From assembly GCA_963760085.1 (NCBI GenBank), contig CAVXCB010000007.1, positions 126,053-166,052 on the forward strand: DNA of 40,000 nt, in the 5' to 3' direction. Positions 1 through 9,506 of this stretch are shown piece after piece (position 1 is the stretch's first letter; every line of letters starts with the position of its first letter). Source of the DNA: an uncultured Planctomycetaceae bacterium (GTDB lineage Bacteria; Planctomycetota; Planctomycetia; Isosphaerales; Isosphaeraceae). Below the pieces are notes generated by a model, which was not told the origin of the DNA, ran no database searches, and saw only the letters and a program-made list of their open reading frames with translations. Both the position numbers and the translations under genes were made by a program.

Positions 1-28
1 CCAGAACCACGAGGTCGAGCACGCTCAT
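1..28 (-). CDS. 5' end of an unidentified CDS running off the window (MSVLDLVVL...)
   Basis: ATG at 28..26 overlaps the TGA (27..25) of the preceding small ORF as ATGA. Only 9 hydrophobic codons are visible, so no product call is possible. Confidence 0.2.
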
Positions 29-207
29 GAGAAGACCCGCTCCAGCACGACCAGAAGGGCCACCCACATGACAAAGCACACGATCACGAAGAGGTACACT
101 CCCGACCAGGTACGCGGCCATGGCAGGCCGGTCGAGCTGTCCGGGGGCTGCTCCGCGTGAACCGAGCGGTGCGTCAGGCCGCTGCTGTCCTCTTGGGATA
201 GCTTCAT
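25..207 (-). CDS. small hypothetical membrane protein (60 aa, one C-terminal TM helix VYLFVIVCFVMWVALLVVL)
   Basis: In-frame ATG at 207..205 overlaps the TGA of the upstream PIG-L gene (ATGA), and its own TGA overlaps the next ATG. The part of track ORF 25..432 upstream of 207 lies inside the PIG-L gene and is not credible. Confidence 0.4.
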   Translation of the reverse strand: MKLSQEDSSGLTHRSVHAEQPPDSSTGLPWPRTWSGVYLFVIVCFVMWVALLVVLERVFS

Positions 208-2714
208 TGGCCAAGCGAGACCAGGTTGGCGAAGAGCCGGAACGCCCCGGGCACGCCGGCGGGGAGCTGCCGGAAGAACACAAGGCCTGTGTAGACGAAA
301 TAGCCCCGGCCGTGCTTCGCCACGAGCAGTCCTCCCTGCAGTGGTGTCTCGCCCGGGTCTGCCGATGCCAGAATCGGCGTGAAGTGAGGGTCCCATCGGG
401 CAGGGTAGTAGTTTCCGCGCTCCTGGACCCAACCCTCCATGTCGGCCGCGGTAATCTTGTTTGGCGTGGTCAAAGCGGGGTGGTCGGGAGCAAGGAACTG
501 CACCGGCGCGTTCTCGTCGGTGACGCGCGCGTCGGACAGCCTCAAGTCGAACGGGGCAAGCCGGGGGGCACGCAGTCCATTGGGCCGATTGTACTGGGCG
601 ACAACCGTGCCGCCCCTCTCGACATAGGCGAACAGTTCAGTCAAATGGGGGGCGAGGTCGTCGCGCACGTTGAAAGCGCGGACGCCGATGACCACGGCGC
701 CCAGGCCATGGAGCTTCTCGGGAGCGAGGTCGTTGCCGGCCAGACGGGTGACCTCGTAGCCCATTTCTTCCAGACTCTCTGCTACGCGGTCACCGGCTCC
801 GGGGATATACCCGATACGCCGGCCTTTGACCGCTAGCTCCAGGGCAATGGCCTTCAGCCGCGCGGCAGGTTGGAGTAACTGCACGGGGATGTGCTCGTGC
901 CGGATCACGACCCGCTGGCTGGTCCAGGTCGAGTCGCCCACGATGGCCCGCGCCGTGATGGCTGCCGATGCCGCCCGGGCCGGAGCCCGGACCGCGAACG
1001 CCACCCTCGTGTGGTCGCCGGCGGTCGATAGCCGGAACGGCTGGCCCACAGGAGCAACGGTCCATCCGTCCGGCGCGTCGAGGTTGAGCGTTCCCGAGAC
1101 CTCGTCACGCGCGGCGGTAACCTCAACCTCCACCTGCCGCTGCGAGCCAGGCGCGAACAGGCGCACGTCGGAAAGGTACCGTAACGCCACCGGGGCGATC
1201 ACTTCCAGCCGCCCGGCCGATTCGCCCTTGGCCTCGACATGCACGGGCACATCGGTGATCTTCAGCGTTTGGCCGCCAACTTCGAACTCGTGCTCGACCG
1301 GAAACGCCTGAGGATTCTCCGGGCGGCCGATCAGCGTGCCGGTCTCGACTTTGAACATACCTACGGAGTGGTCATCAAGAAGCCAGTATGGCTGTGTGAG
1401 TGGTGCCGTTGGGGGCAGTTTTTGTTTGTCGACGCGGTTGGCCGGCTGGCCGGCAACCAGATCGATGGGGTCCGTAACGGCCCTCCCGGTCAGTGGGTAA
1501 CGCACGGCGAGCCAGCGGACCGGGACGGGGGCCGCAACAGTGGCCACGTGTCTCAGCGAGAACACTTCCCCCGGCACGATTTCGGCCCGCGAGGCTGTCG
1601 TCTCGAGCACAAGCCCGAGGCAGATCTGGATCGCGCGGTCGAGCTGGCTCTTCTTCTCGACGACAACGGGATCTGAAGGAATCGAGTGCAGCCGCTTGCG
1701 GATCTCCAAGAGGGCCGGGACACTCGCGGCGGGGTTTTTCATGTCGAAGCCTGTGACGGCAAGGTCGGCAAGCCGGCCGACCTCGGCGCCGCCGGGAAAG
1801 CGGGCCCTCGTCGTGTCGACCCCATCGAAAATATCCTTCGACGCCGGCTCACCGGCCAGGAGTGTGAAAGAGTCAGTTCGCGGGCCGCCTCGGCCGCCCC
1901 CGCCGAAGTTGCCAAAGCCCTGGCTGCGGTGCATCGAACGACTGCGCGCGGCGATGGATCCCAGCGGCTCGCCCGTGACCGGGTCGTTGCCGCCGATGTC
2001 GATCCGCACCGAGCCGGCGCCTCCGCCCCCAGCGCCCCGGCCGAACCCGCCGCTGTTCTGGAGCAGACGCTTCGGCTGCCAGGCGGTCAGCTCTCCGATC
2101 TGCTCGGGGTATGCTTTTGGGTCACCGGCGCTGTTGAACGCCTCGACGGCCAGGATCGCCGACGCCGTGTGGTGGCCATGGCCTCCCCCCCGCGGCGAGA
2201 ATCGGGTGATCACCACGTCGGGCCGGAAGGTGCGGATGACTCGCACAATATCGGATACGACGCCGCCGCGGTCCCAGATGCGCAGTGTCTCCTCCGAGCT
2301 CTTGGAGTAGCCGAAGTCGACGGCGCGCGTAAAGAATTGCAGCCCACCGTCGAGGCGGCGGGCGGCCAGCAGCTCCTGAGTACGGATCACCCCCAGCTCT
2401 TCAAACAACTCTGGGCCGATCACGTTCTGGCCGCCATCGCCTCGAGTCAGCGAGAGATAGGCTGTGCGATAACCACGGCCGCGGGCCAGATAAGTGATGA
2501 GCTGGGTGTTCTCGTCGTCGGGGTGGGCGGCCACGTACAGGACCCGCCCCGTCTCGCGGAACCCGCGTAGCTCGTGCAGTGCCACCTGGGCAGCCGCTGG
2601 TTCAGCGGCAAGGGCTCTAGCCTGATCGCCGACAGCTACGGTATCTGCCAGCAGCAGGTAAAGCAGCCAGCAAACGGGCCGAAGCGGCCCTTGGGAGCGT
2701 CTGGAGGAAGACAT
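204..2714 (-). CDS. PIG-L/LmbE family deacetylase, large multidomain form (~835 aa) with signal-like N-terminus
   Basis: Uninterrupted ORF 204..2753. It has the LmbE-type motif VAAHPDDENTQL near the N-terminus and HGHH further on. ATG at 2714 is preceded by GGAG and gives MSSSRRSQGPLRPVCWLLYLLLA; GTG at 2753 is the alternative start. Confidence 0.85.
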   Translation of the reverse strand: MSSSRRSQGPLRPVCWLLYLLLADTVAVGDQARALAAEPAAAQVALHELRGFRETGRVLYVAAHPDDENTQLITYLARGRGYRTAYLSLTRGDGGQNVIGPELFEELGVIRTQELLAARRLDGGLQFFTRAVDFGYSKSSEETLRIWDRGGVVSDIVRVIRTFRPDVVITRFSPRGGGHGHHTASAILAVEAFNSAGDPKAYPEQIGELTAWQPKRLLQNSGGFGRGAGGGGAGSVRIDIGGNDPVTGEPLGSIAARSRSMHRSQGFGNFGGGGRGGPRTDSFTLLAGEPASKDIFDGVDTTRARFPGGAEVGRLADLAVTGFDMKNPAASVPALLEIRKRLHSIPSDPVVVEKKSQLDRAIQICLGLVLETTASRAEIVPGEVFSLRHVATVAAPVPVRWLAVRYPLTGRAVTDPIDLVAGQPANRVDKQKLPPTAPLTQPYWLLDDHSVGMFKVETGTLIGRPENPQAFPVEHEFEVGGQTLKITDVPVHVEAKGESAGRLEVIAPVALRYLSDVRLFAPGSQRQVEVEVTAARDEVSGTLNLDAPDGWTVAPVGQPFRLSTAGDHTRVAFAVRAPARAASAAITARAIVGDSTWTSQRVVIRHEHIPVQLLQPAARLKAIALELAVKGRRIGYIPGAGDRVAESLEEMGYEVTRLAGNDLAPEKLHGLGAVVIGVRAFNVRDDLAPHLTELFAYVERGGTVVAQYNRPNGLRAPRLAPFDLRLSDARVTDENAPVQFLAPDHPALTTPNKITAADMEGWVQERGNYYPARWDPHFTPILASADPGETPLQGGLLVAKHGRGYFVYTGLVFFRQLPAGVPGAFRLFANLVSLGQ

Positions 2715-2814
2715 TTTCGGGCTCCGCGCGTTCAGAGGGGCCACCGCGGCCACGCTGCAAATTGTTCGTGGGCCGCGATGGAAGTGAGCGACACGATCCG
2801 GACCTCGGGCCCGC

Positions 2815-3399
2815 CTATTTCTTTACGGTGAACGGGACCGAGTACTCCGTGGTCTCCCACATCATCTTCAGCGTGCCCCCGCCGCCACCGGCTGGCTCGA
2901 TAGCCATCGTGAACTGGTCGACCGGCTTGACGAGCACCGTCTTCTTGAGGGCAACGCTCGCCAGCTCGTTGGCCTTCTCGGCGCTCTCGTTATAGGGGAT
3001 TCCCCACTGTCCGGTCTTCTTGTTAATAATCAATTTCGCGGTGCCGTCGTGGGCGGGGAGGGTGAACAGCGAGTAGGTGCCAGCCGGCAGAGAGTGGCCG
3101 CCGATTTCGATGGGTTCCTGGGTTGTCAGGAGAGTGGCCTCGTCGGCGCCTGTGCGCCAGACCTTGCCGAAAGGAACCAGGCCGCCCCAGATCTTGCGGA
3201 CCTCTTCGGTTCCGGGTTTCTTGGTATAGGGGCGACCATAGACGAGTTTCAATTCGTTGCCCGAGACGGTAGCCGTGATCGTCTCGTGGGGGCTGACGCG
3301 CTGACGACTCTTCTTCTTGGCGGCCTGGGCCATCACGGGTGTCGAGAAGGTGAGCGTCGCCGCGACGGCGAGGGTGGCTGCGAGTCCGAGCTTGCTCAT
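2815..3399 (-). CDS. DUF2911 domain protein, secreted
   Basis: ORF 2815..3438. Motifs YGRPY...IWGGLVPFGKVWRTGADEATLL...LPAGTYSLFTLP are typical of DUF2911. ATG at 3399 has GGAGG 7 nt upstream and gives the signal peptide MSKLGLAATLAVAATLTFSTPVMAQ. Confidence 0.8.
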   Translation of the reverse strand: MSKLGLAATLAVAATLTFSTPVMAQAAKKKSRQRVSPHETITATVSGNELKLVYGRPYTKKPGTEEVRKIWGGLVPFGKVWRTGADEATLLTTQEPIEIGGHSLPAGTYSLFTLPAHDGTAKLIINKKTGQWGIPYNESAEKANELASVALKKTVLVKPVDQFTMAIEPAGGGGGTLKMMWETTEYSVPFTVKK

Positions 3400-3707
3400 G
3401 CTGTCCCTCCGGTTGTTGGAAGTCCGACGATCGGACATCGGAAAAGAATAGACGACCCTCTAGATTAAGTTAATCGGCGTCAGAGACCGTCACAAGACGT
3501 CGGGGCATCGGGACGACGCGACCACGCCGTGCTTTCTCCGTGACAAGCTTGCTACGCGGCATTCGCCTACCAATTCAACTCGGGTTCCACGTGGCGGAAA
3601 CTAACGAGCAATACGTAAAATCTTGGTTCATCAAGGAGATAATCATCGGCTAGCTGATACGTCCAGCAAGTGAGCCAAGTATGATCCAACTACCCCAGAG
3701 CACTGGC

Positions 3708-6700
3708 ATGAGCTTGATCAACGGGAAGGCGGGAAGCGATCCTTCCACCCGGCGCTCCTGCTCGTCCTCGCCTCATGGAATGCATCCGCCGCAGGCTGGG
3801 CCGGTAAGCCAGATTCGGAAGCCGGGAAAAACAAGACCGATCCGTCCGCGATCGAGTTCTTCGAGAAAAGCGTCCGACCGATTCTGGTCGAGCGGTGCCA
3901 GGGATGTCACGGGCCGGCAAAACAGAAGGGGGGTCTGCGCCTAGACACGCGTCAAGGCGCGCTTGCGGGAGGTTTGACGGGGCCGGCGGTGGTGCCGGGC
4001 CTGCCCGAGAAGAGTCTGCTGATCAATGCGGTCAACTACGGCGAACTCTACCAAATGCCGCCAAAGTCGAAGCTGCCTCACCAGGAAATCGCCATCTTGA
4101 CCCAATGGGTCAAGCAAGGGCCAGTCTGGGGAATCGACTCGAGCGCGAAGGGTGAGGCATTCGCCCCGGTGACGAGCAAGCCTGGCGCTCAACCTACACT
4201 TGATACGCCCGGCGAGTTTGAGCGCAGGGCAAAGTCGTGGTGCTTCCAGCCGATTACAAAGACGGACCCGCCGAAGTCGGACGAGAGTCACGCAGACTGG
4301 CCACGGAATCCGATCGATCTTTTCATCCTTGCCGCAATGAAACGCATGGAATTGTCCCCGGCGCCAGAGGCAGATAGGCGCACGCTGATCCGCCGCCTGA
4401 CCTTCGACCTGTTGGGCCTGCCTCCGGAACCTGGCGAGATCGCGGCGTTCCTGGCCGACACCGCGGCGTATGCTTATGAGCGGCTGGTTGACAGGCTGCT
4501 GGCGAGTCCCCATTATGGCGAGCGCTGGGCAAGACACTGGCTGGACCTGGTCCGGTTTGCCGAGACGGCCGGGCATGAATTCGACTACGAGACGCCGAAC
4601 GCCTTCCGCTACCGCGACTATGTGATCCGAGCCCTGAACGCTGACCTGCCTTACCTCGATTTCGTTAAGGAGCAAGTTGCCGGCGATCTGCTGACCAGCC
4701 CAAGGCGGCATCCCATGGAGGGGTTCAATGAATCGATTATCGGCACGGGGTTCTTCTTCCTGGGGGAAGGACCTCACTCTCCGGTCGACTTGCGGGAAGA
4801 CGAGATGCGGCGGATCGACAACCAGATTGACGTCTTCTCCAAGACGTTTCTGGGCCTGACGGTGGCCTGCGCGCTGTCACGATCACAAGTTCGACCCGAT
4901 CAGCTCGAGGGATTATTATGCTCTGGCCGGCTTCCTCCGCAGCTCACGCCACCAACAGGCGTTCATCGATCCGCCCGACCGGATTGCCGCACGAGCCAGC
5001 CGGTTGAACACACTCAAGCAGGCGGTCCGCGCGATCCTGCTCGAGGCCAGACCGCTCTTATCCGAACCGATGCGCCGGGCGGTGATCGCGGCCCTTGAAC
5101 CTGCGCCAGCCCCTCGTGGAGATCTCTCCGATGTTGTCTTCGACTCGTTCGACCGCGATCGGTTCGACGGCTGGGATGTCACGGGAGATGCCTTCGGCGA
5201 TCATCCCACCCTGGTGGGGGACTTTCGGCTCGACCTCGGCCAGGGCAAGGCGCAATTGCTCCCGTTGAAACCCGGGCAGGCGCACAGCGGCCTGGTCGCC
5301 AACAAGCTTGCAGGCGTCTTGCGGTCGCGGACCTTCACGATCGACAGCAGATTCATCCACTGGCTGGTTGCCGGCAAGGGTGCGCGGCTCAATGTCGTGA
5401 TCGACGGCTATGAGAAGATCCGCGACCCAATCTATGGTGGTTTGACCGTCACTATCGAGGCGGCAGATCAAGCCCGCTGGGTCACGCAGGACCTCGGGAT
5501 GTGGCACGGCCACCGAGCCTACCTGGAAATCGCCGATGGAGCTTCGGCCGATTACAACGGCGCCCAGACGCAGATAACCGACGGTCATGGATTTGTCGCC
5601 GTCGACGAGATTCGCATGTCCGAGCAGCCATCTCCGGGCAGCGCCGTGTGCCCGGAGCCGGCCCCGATCGAACTTCAACCGGTGGTGTCCGTGCTTCATG
5701 CCCGAAAGAAACCGCTGGGCGAACTGCTCGAGGCGGCCCTGGCTGAGTATCGATCGGTCGAAGCGGCAGTTCCTGATCCCTCCCTGGCCCTGGCGATCGC
5801 CGATGGAATGGGGGAAAACGAAGCGATCCTGATCCGGGGCGATCATCGGAATCCGGGCCCGCTCGTACCGCGGCGTTTTCTCGCCGTCCTGGGAGGCGCG
5901 GGTCGGGCGACTGTGGCCGAGGGCAGCGGCCGGCTCGAATTGGCCAGGCAGATGGTCGATCCCCAAGCCAATCCCCTCTTGCCTCGCGTCCTGGTCAACC
6001 GGCTTTGGCAGCACCATTTCGGCGAGGGGTTGGTGCGAACGGTCGATGACTTCGGCGTCATGGGGCAGAAGCCAAATCATCCAGAGCTTCTCGACTGGCT
6101 GGCCGGCGAATTCCTCGCCCGGGGCTGGTCGATGAAGGCCATGCACCGGCTCATGGTCACATCCGCTTGCTACCGGATGAGCGGAACCTTGCGAGCCGAC
6201 GCCGACCGGCTGGATCCGGCCAATGTGTATCTCCACCGAATGAACGTGCGGCGGCTGGAGGCCGAAACGATCCGCGACACCATGCTGGCGGTTTCCGGAC
6301 GGTTCGACCAGGCGATGCTCGGCCCGAGCGTCCCGTCGTATCTTTCGCCGTTCATGGACGGTCGCGGGCGGCCCTGAGCACTCGGGGCCGCTCGACGGAG
6401 ATGGTCGACGGAGCATTTACCTGAGCGTCCGGCGCAACTTCTTGAGTCCGATGTTCCTGACGTTCGACGCGCCGGTGCCGTTCTCTACCATGGGTCGGCG
6501 CAATGTGTCAAATGTCCCCGCGCAAGCCTTGACACTGATGAACGACCCTCTGGTGTCCTATCTGTCCCGACGTTGGGCCGACCGAGTTCTTTCCGGCCCC
6601 CAGAAATCTGACCGCGACCGGATCACCCGCCTCTTCGAGACCGCGCTGGGCCGGCCCCCGGATGACGACGAAGCAGAACGGTGCCTGGCTTTTCTGAAGA

Positions 6701-6798
6701 CCCGCCCGGGCACCAGCCCCGACCGACCTGACCCTGCCGCCTGGGCCGACCTCTGCCACGTTCTTTTTAATGTCAAAGAGTTTATCTATATCGACTAA
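3708..6798 (+). CDS. PSCyt/DUF1549/DUF1553 protein (planctomycete cytochrome-c-domain PSD1-type), interrupted by apparent frameshifts
   Basis: Three domain blocks are present. PSCyt: FFEKSVRPILVERCQGCHG. DUF1549: NPIDLFILAAM...HYGERWARHWLDLVRFAET. DUF1553: CHDHKFDPIS, GRRSIYLSVRRNFLSP, NVPAQALTLMNDP. They are spread over ORFs 3974..5098, 5004..6377 and 6442..6798. Breaks are at 4874 (2 nt missing inside C-A-R-C-H-D-H) and 6372-6374 (extra C). The frame carrying the signal peptide (LLLVLASWNASAAGWA) has no start codon, so the start is unresolved; ATG 3708 lies in another frame. Confidence 0.85.
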
Positions 6799-6844
6799 GG
6801 GAACCATCCCAACCGGGCCAGCCACTCCACCGGACGCGAAGCTG

Positions 6845-8306
6845 ATGCACTGTCGAAACTTCATCGCCCCACCGCCGACCCGCCGCGACATGATCTTGAG
6901 CTGTGCCAATGGTTTCGGTGCCCTCGCGCTGACCGCCCTGCTGCGCGAGCAAGCATTCGGTGGGGTGCTCGGCGAAACTCCCGCGCACGGGGCGGCTTCA
7001 GCAGCAGTCGCCAGTCCTCTTACCCCCAGGCCCGGGCATTTCGCGGCGAAGGCTAGGAGCGTGATCTTCTTGTACATGGACGGCGGTCCGTCCCAGGTTG
7101 ACACGTTCGACCCCAAGCCGCGGCTCGACCGCGAGCATGGCCGGCCGATCCAGGTCAAAACCCACCCGACCCAGTTCAACAATGTGGGAAACGTGCTCAA
7201 AAGTCCGTGGAAGTTCAGGCAGTACGGCCAGTGCGGGATCCCGGTCAGCGATCTCTTCCCCCATCTGTCCCGGCGGGTTGACGACCTGGCGATCATTCGC
7301 TCTATGGTCTCCAACTTCTCGGAACACACGACTGCCAATTACTTCCTGCACACAGGCAGCGGGCTTCAGGGACGCCCCAGCCAGGGTGCCTGGGTGACCT
7401 ATGGCCTGGGCAGCGAATCCCAGGACCTGCCAGGGTTCGTGGTGCTCAACGGCGGCCTGATACCTCCGGGAGGGATGGACTGCTTCAGTAACGGGTTTTT
7501 GCCCGCTGCCTTTCAGGGCTCGCTGTTCAAGCCCACAACGCCGCCCGTGGCCAACATCGAGCCCGGTGAACCGTCGCGAGAACTGTTTAATCATAAGATA
7601 GAGCTGCTTCGAGGTCTCGACCATGCCGTGCTGGGGCGGATGGGCCACCACGACAGCTTGGAAACCGCGATCGGCAACTATGAGCTCGCCTTCAGGATGC
7701 AGGCCGCGGTTCCGGAATTAATGAGTTTGAACCAGGAATCGGCGGTCACCTGCCAGCTTTACGGACTGGACGATCCGTATCCGCCGACCCGCATCTACGG
7801 CCGCGAATGCCTGATCGCCCGCCGGCTTGTCGAGCGGGGCGTCCGATTCATCGAACTACTCTGTCCCGTTGTCGGCGGCGACCGCTGGGACCAACACGGC
7901 AACCTCAAGGCGGGCCACGAGAACAATGCGCGTGCCGTCGATCGTCCGATCGCGGGACTGCTTGCGGATCTGAAGGCGCGCGGCCTGCTCGACTCGACCC
8001 TGGTCTTCTGGGGCGGCGAATTCGGCCGCACCCCGATGGCTCAGGGTTCCAATGGCCGCGATCATAACCCCTATGGCTTCACCGTCTGGCTGGCCGGCGG
8101 TGGTGTCAAGGGGGGAACTATCCACGGAGCGACCGACGACTACGGTTATCATGCCGTAGAAAACAAGGTCGAAATCTACGATCTGCACGCGACGATGCTT
8201 CATCTCCTGGGCATCGACCACAAGCGCCTTACCCATCGCTTCGGCGGCCGCGATATGCGACTTGACCGACGTTCACGGCGAAGTCGTCAAAGCCATCCTG
8301 GCCTGA
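6845..8306 (+). CDS. DUF1501 domain protein (sulfatase-like, Tat-type N-terminus), one apparent frameshift near the 3' end
   Basis: ORF 6770..8413. ATG 6845 gives MHCRNFIAPPPTRRDMILSCANGFGALALTALL. The conserved block is HFAAKARSVIFLYMDGGPSQVDTFDPKP. The canonical C-terminus RLTDVHGEVVKAILA-stop (stop 8304..8306) is reached only after removing 1 nt at 8261-8263. Confidence 0.85.
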
Positions 8307-8362
8307 CACGACGGTCGTTCCGACCGTGTCGGACGTGCTGTCAAGGCGCGGTGCCACGTGGC

Positions 8363-8671
8363 TTATTCGACCACGCGTACGTGCTGGACCTGGTGCCTGT
8401 CCAACCATCCTAGCAGGGTCTCTTGCTCGTCGGACAGTTCGACCTCGGTCATGTTTTCGGTGTCGAGTGGAGAAACGAGCATCAAGACTCCTTCGCTCAA
8501 CCATCTGGTGACGTCGGTCTGGGAAAGCCAGTACTCGCTCTCCCCCAGCACGGGAAGGCCCGGCGTATCGGCAGGAGTCATGAAATAGACAAGCTGCGAC
8601 CGCAGGCGAGCCGAAATCGCCAGTGCCTGAACTTCAGGATGATCGACGGCGATCAGCTTCAGTTGGGACAT
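8363..8671 (-). CDS. hypothetical protein (102 aa), last gene of the mfn-like operon
   Basis: ORF 8363..8710, with probable start at ATG 8671 (MSQLKLIAVDHPEV...). Amino-acid composition is protein-like and the gene is co-directional with the upstream cofactor genes. I recognise no family. Confidence 0.5.
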   Translation of the reverse strand: MSQLKLIAVDHPEVQALAISARLRSQLVYFMTPADTPGLPVLGESEYWLSQTDVTRWLSEGVLMLVSPLDTENMTEVELSDEQETLLGWLDRHQVQHVRVVE

Positions 8672-8768
8672 GTATCTCGAACTCGATGACGGACGGGTAC
8701 GCGTTACCACGAGTGAAACACAGTTTCAGCGAATTCACCACTGATTCAGGATAGCGATTCCGTGGCAG

Positions 8769-9503
8769 TCATCCTACTGCCGGGTGCTCCCCGTCGGTCG
8801 AATTTGTGGCGCGTTCGGTCCCGCAATCGATGCGATTGTTGAAGAGAGTGCGCGGCACCGACAGGCAGTCGCGCAGACAGACCAGTTCCACGATCTCAAG
8901 TGGGCTGGCGACTTGTGGAAACATGGCATCCACAAGAGCGAGCCGCGCGGCCTCGCCGCGGCCGATATTCGAGGAGTGCCCCACGCTCTTGAGCAGGATC
9001 AAGCGCCTGGCCCCGAGCAGTACGGCAAGCCGTGCGGCGATTGAGTCTGAAGTCACGTCCCAGGTTGCTGGCAGCGGGTTTGGACCGTGATCGTCAACTT
9101 CCTCCAGCATGCGCCTGGGAGACAGGATCGGAACCTGTCCTCGTTGTGCGCACGCCTGCAGGTCTTCTGGCCGGTGCGCGACCGCCGAGCCCGGCAAAAG
9201 ACCCGCGAGCAGAACCGCGGTGAGGTCAAGCGACCTGATCGCCAGCTTGTGCGCTTTCTGGTCGCCCAGAGTATGAATGTGATCCATGGTCCGGATCAGG
9301 TCGGCAAATGCTCCCCCACCAGCAACCAGAACTGCCCGCTCGCGAAGGCATGCTTTGTCTCCACTCGGATCGGCAAGAAACGCCGCCAGCCGGCGCGGCA
9401 GCTCGGGCCAACCAAGCAGGCTGCCCCCCACCTTGATCACCACCCATTCGAAGGGAATAACCACCGGCTTTGAAGAGATCATCGGGGCCTCGAAAGTCCA
9501 CAT
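8769..9503 (-). CDS. amino-acid-kinase-fold protein (Asp/Glu/uridylate kinase family), MfnE-like by context
   Basis: N-terminal VVIKVGGSLLGW nucleotide-binding motif, 244 aa, intact. ATG 9503 lies 3 nt after the stop of the upstream gene. The MfnE-type role is inferred from neighbours. Confidence 0.7.
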   Translation of the reverse strand: MWTFEAPMISSKPVVIPFEWVVIKVGGSLLGWPELPRRLAAFLADPSGDKACLRERAVLVAGGGAFADLIRTMDHIHTLGDQKAHKLAIRSLDLTAVLLAGLLPGSAVAHRPEDLQACAQRGQVPILSPRRMLEEVDDHGPNPLPATWDVTSDSIAARLAVLLGARRLILLKSVGHSSNIGRGEAARLALVDAMFPQVASPLEIVELVCLRDCLSVPRTLFNNRIDCGTERATNSTDGEHPAVG

Positions 9504-9506
9504 GGG

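Noticed and set aside
5058-6416. 452-aa minus-strand ORF
   Set aside because: It is fully antisense to the DUF1553 part of the PSD1-type gene, which has strong family motifs. The product is Arg/Gly/Pro-rich with no motif, the usual long antisense ORF of GC-rich DNA.
8310-8330. Hairpin GACGGTCG-TTC-CGACCGT between the convergent DUF1501 gene and the 102-aa ORF, considered as a bidirectional terminator
   Set aside because: The stem is only 7 bp with a bulge beyond it, and there is no U-tract on either strand. This is too weak to call.
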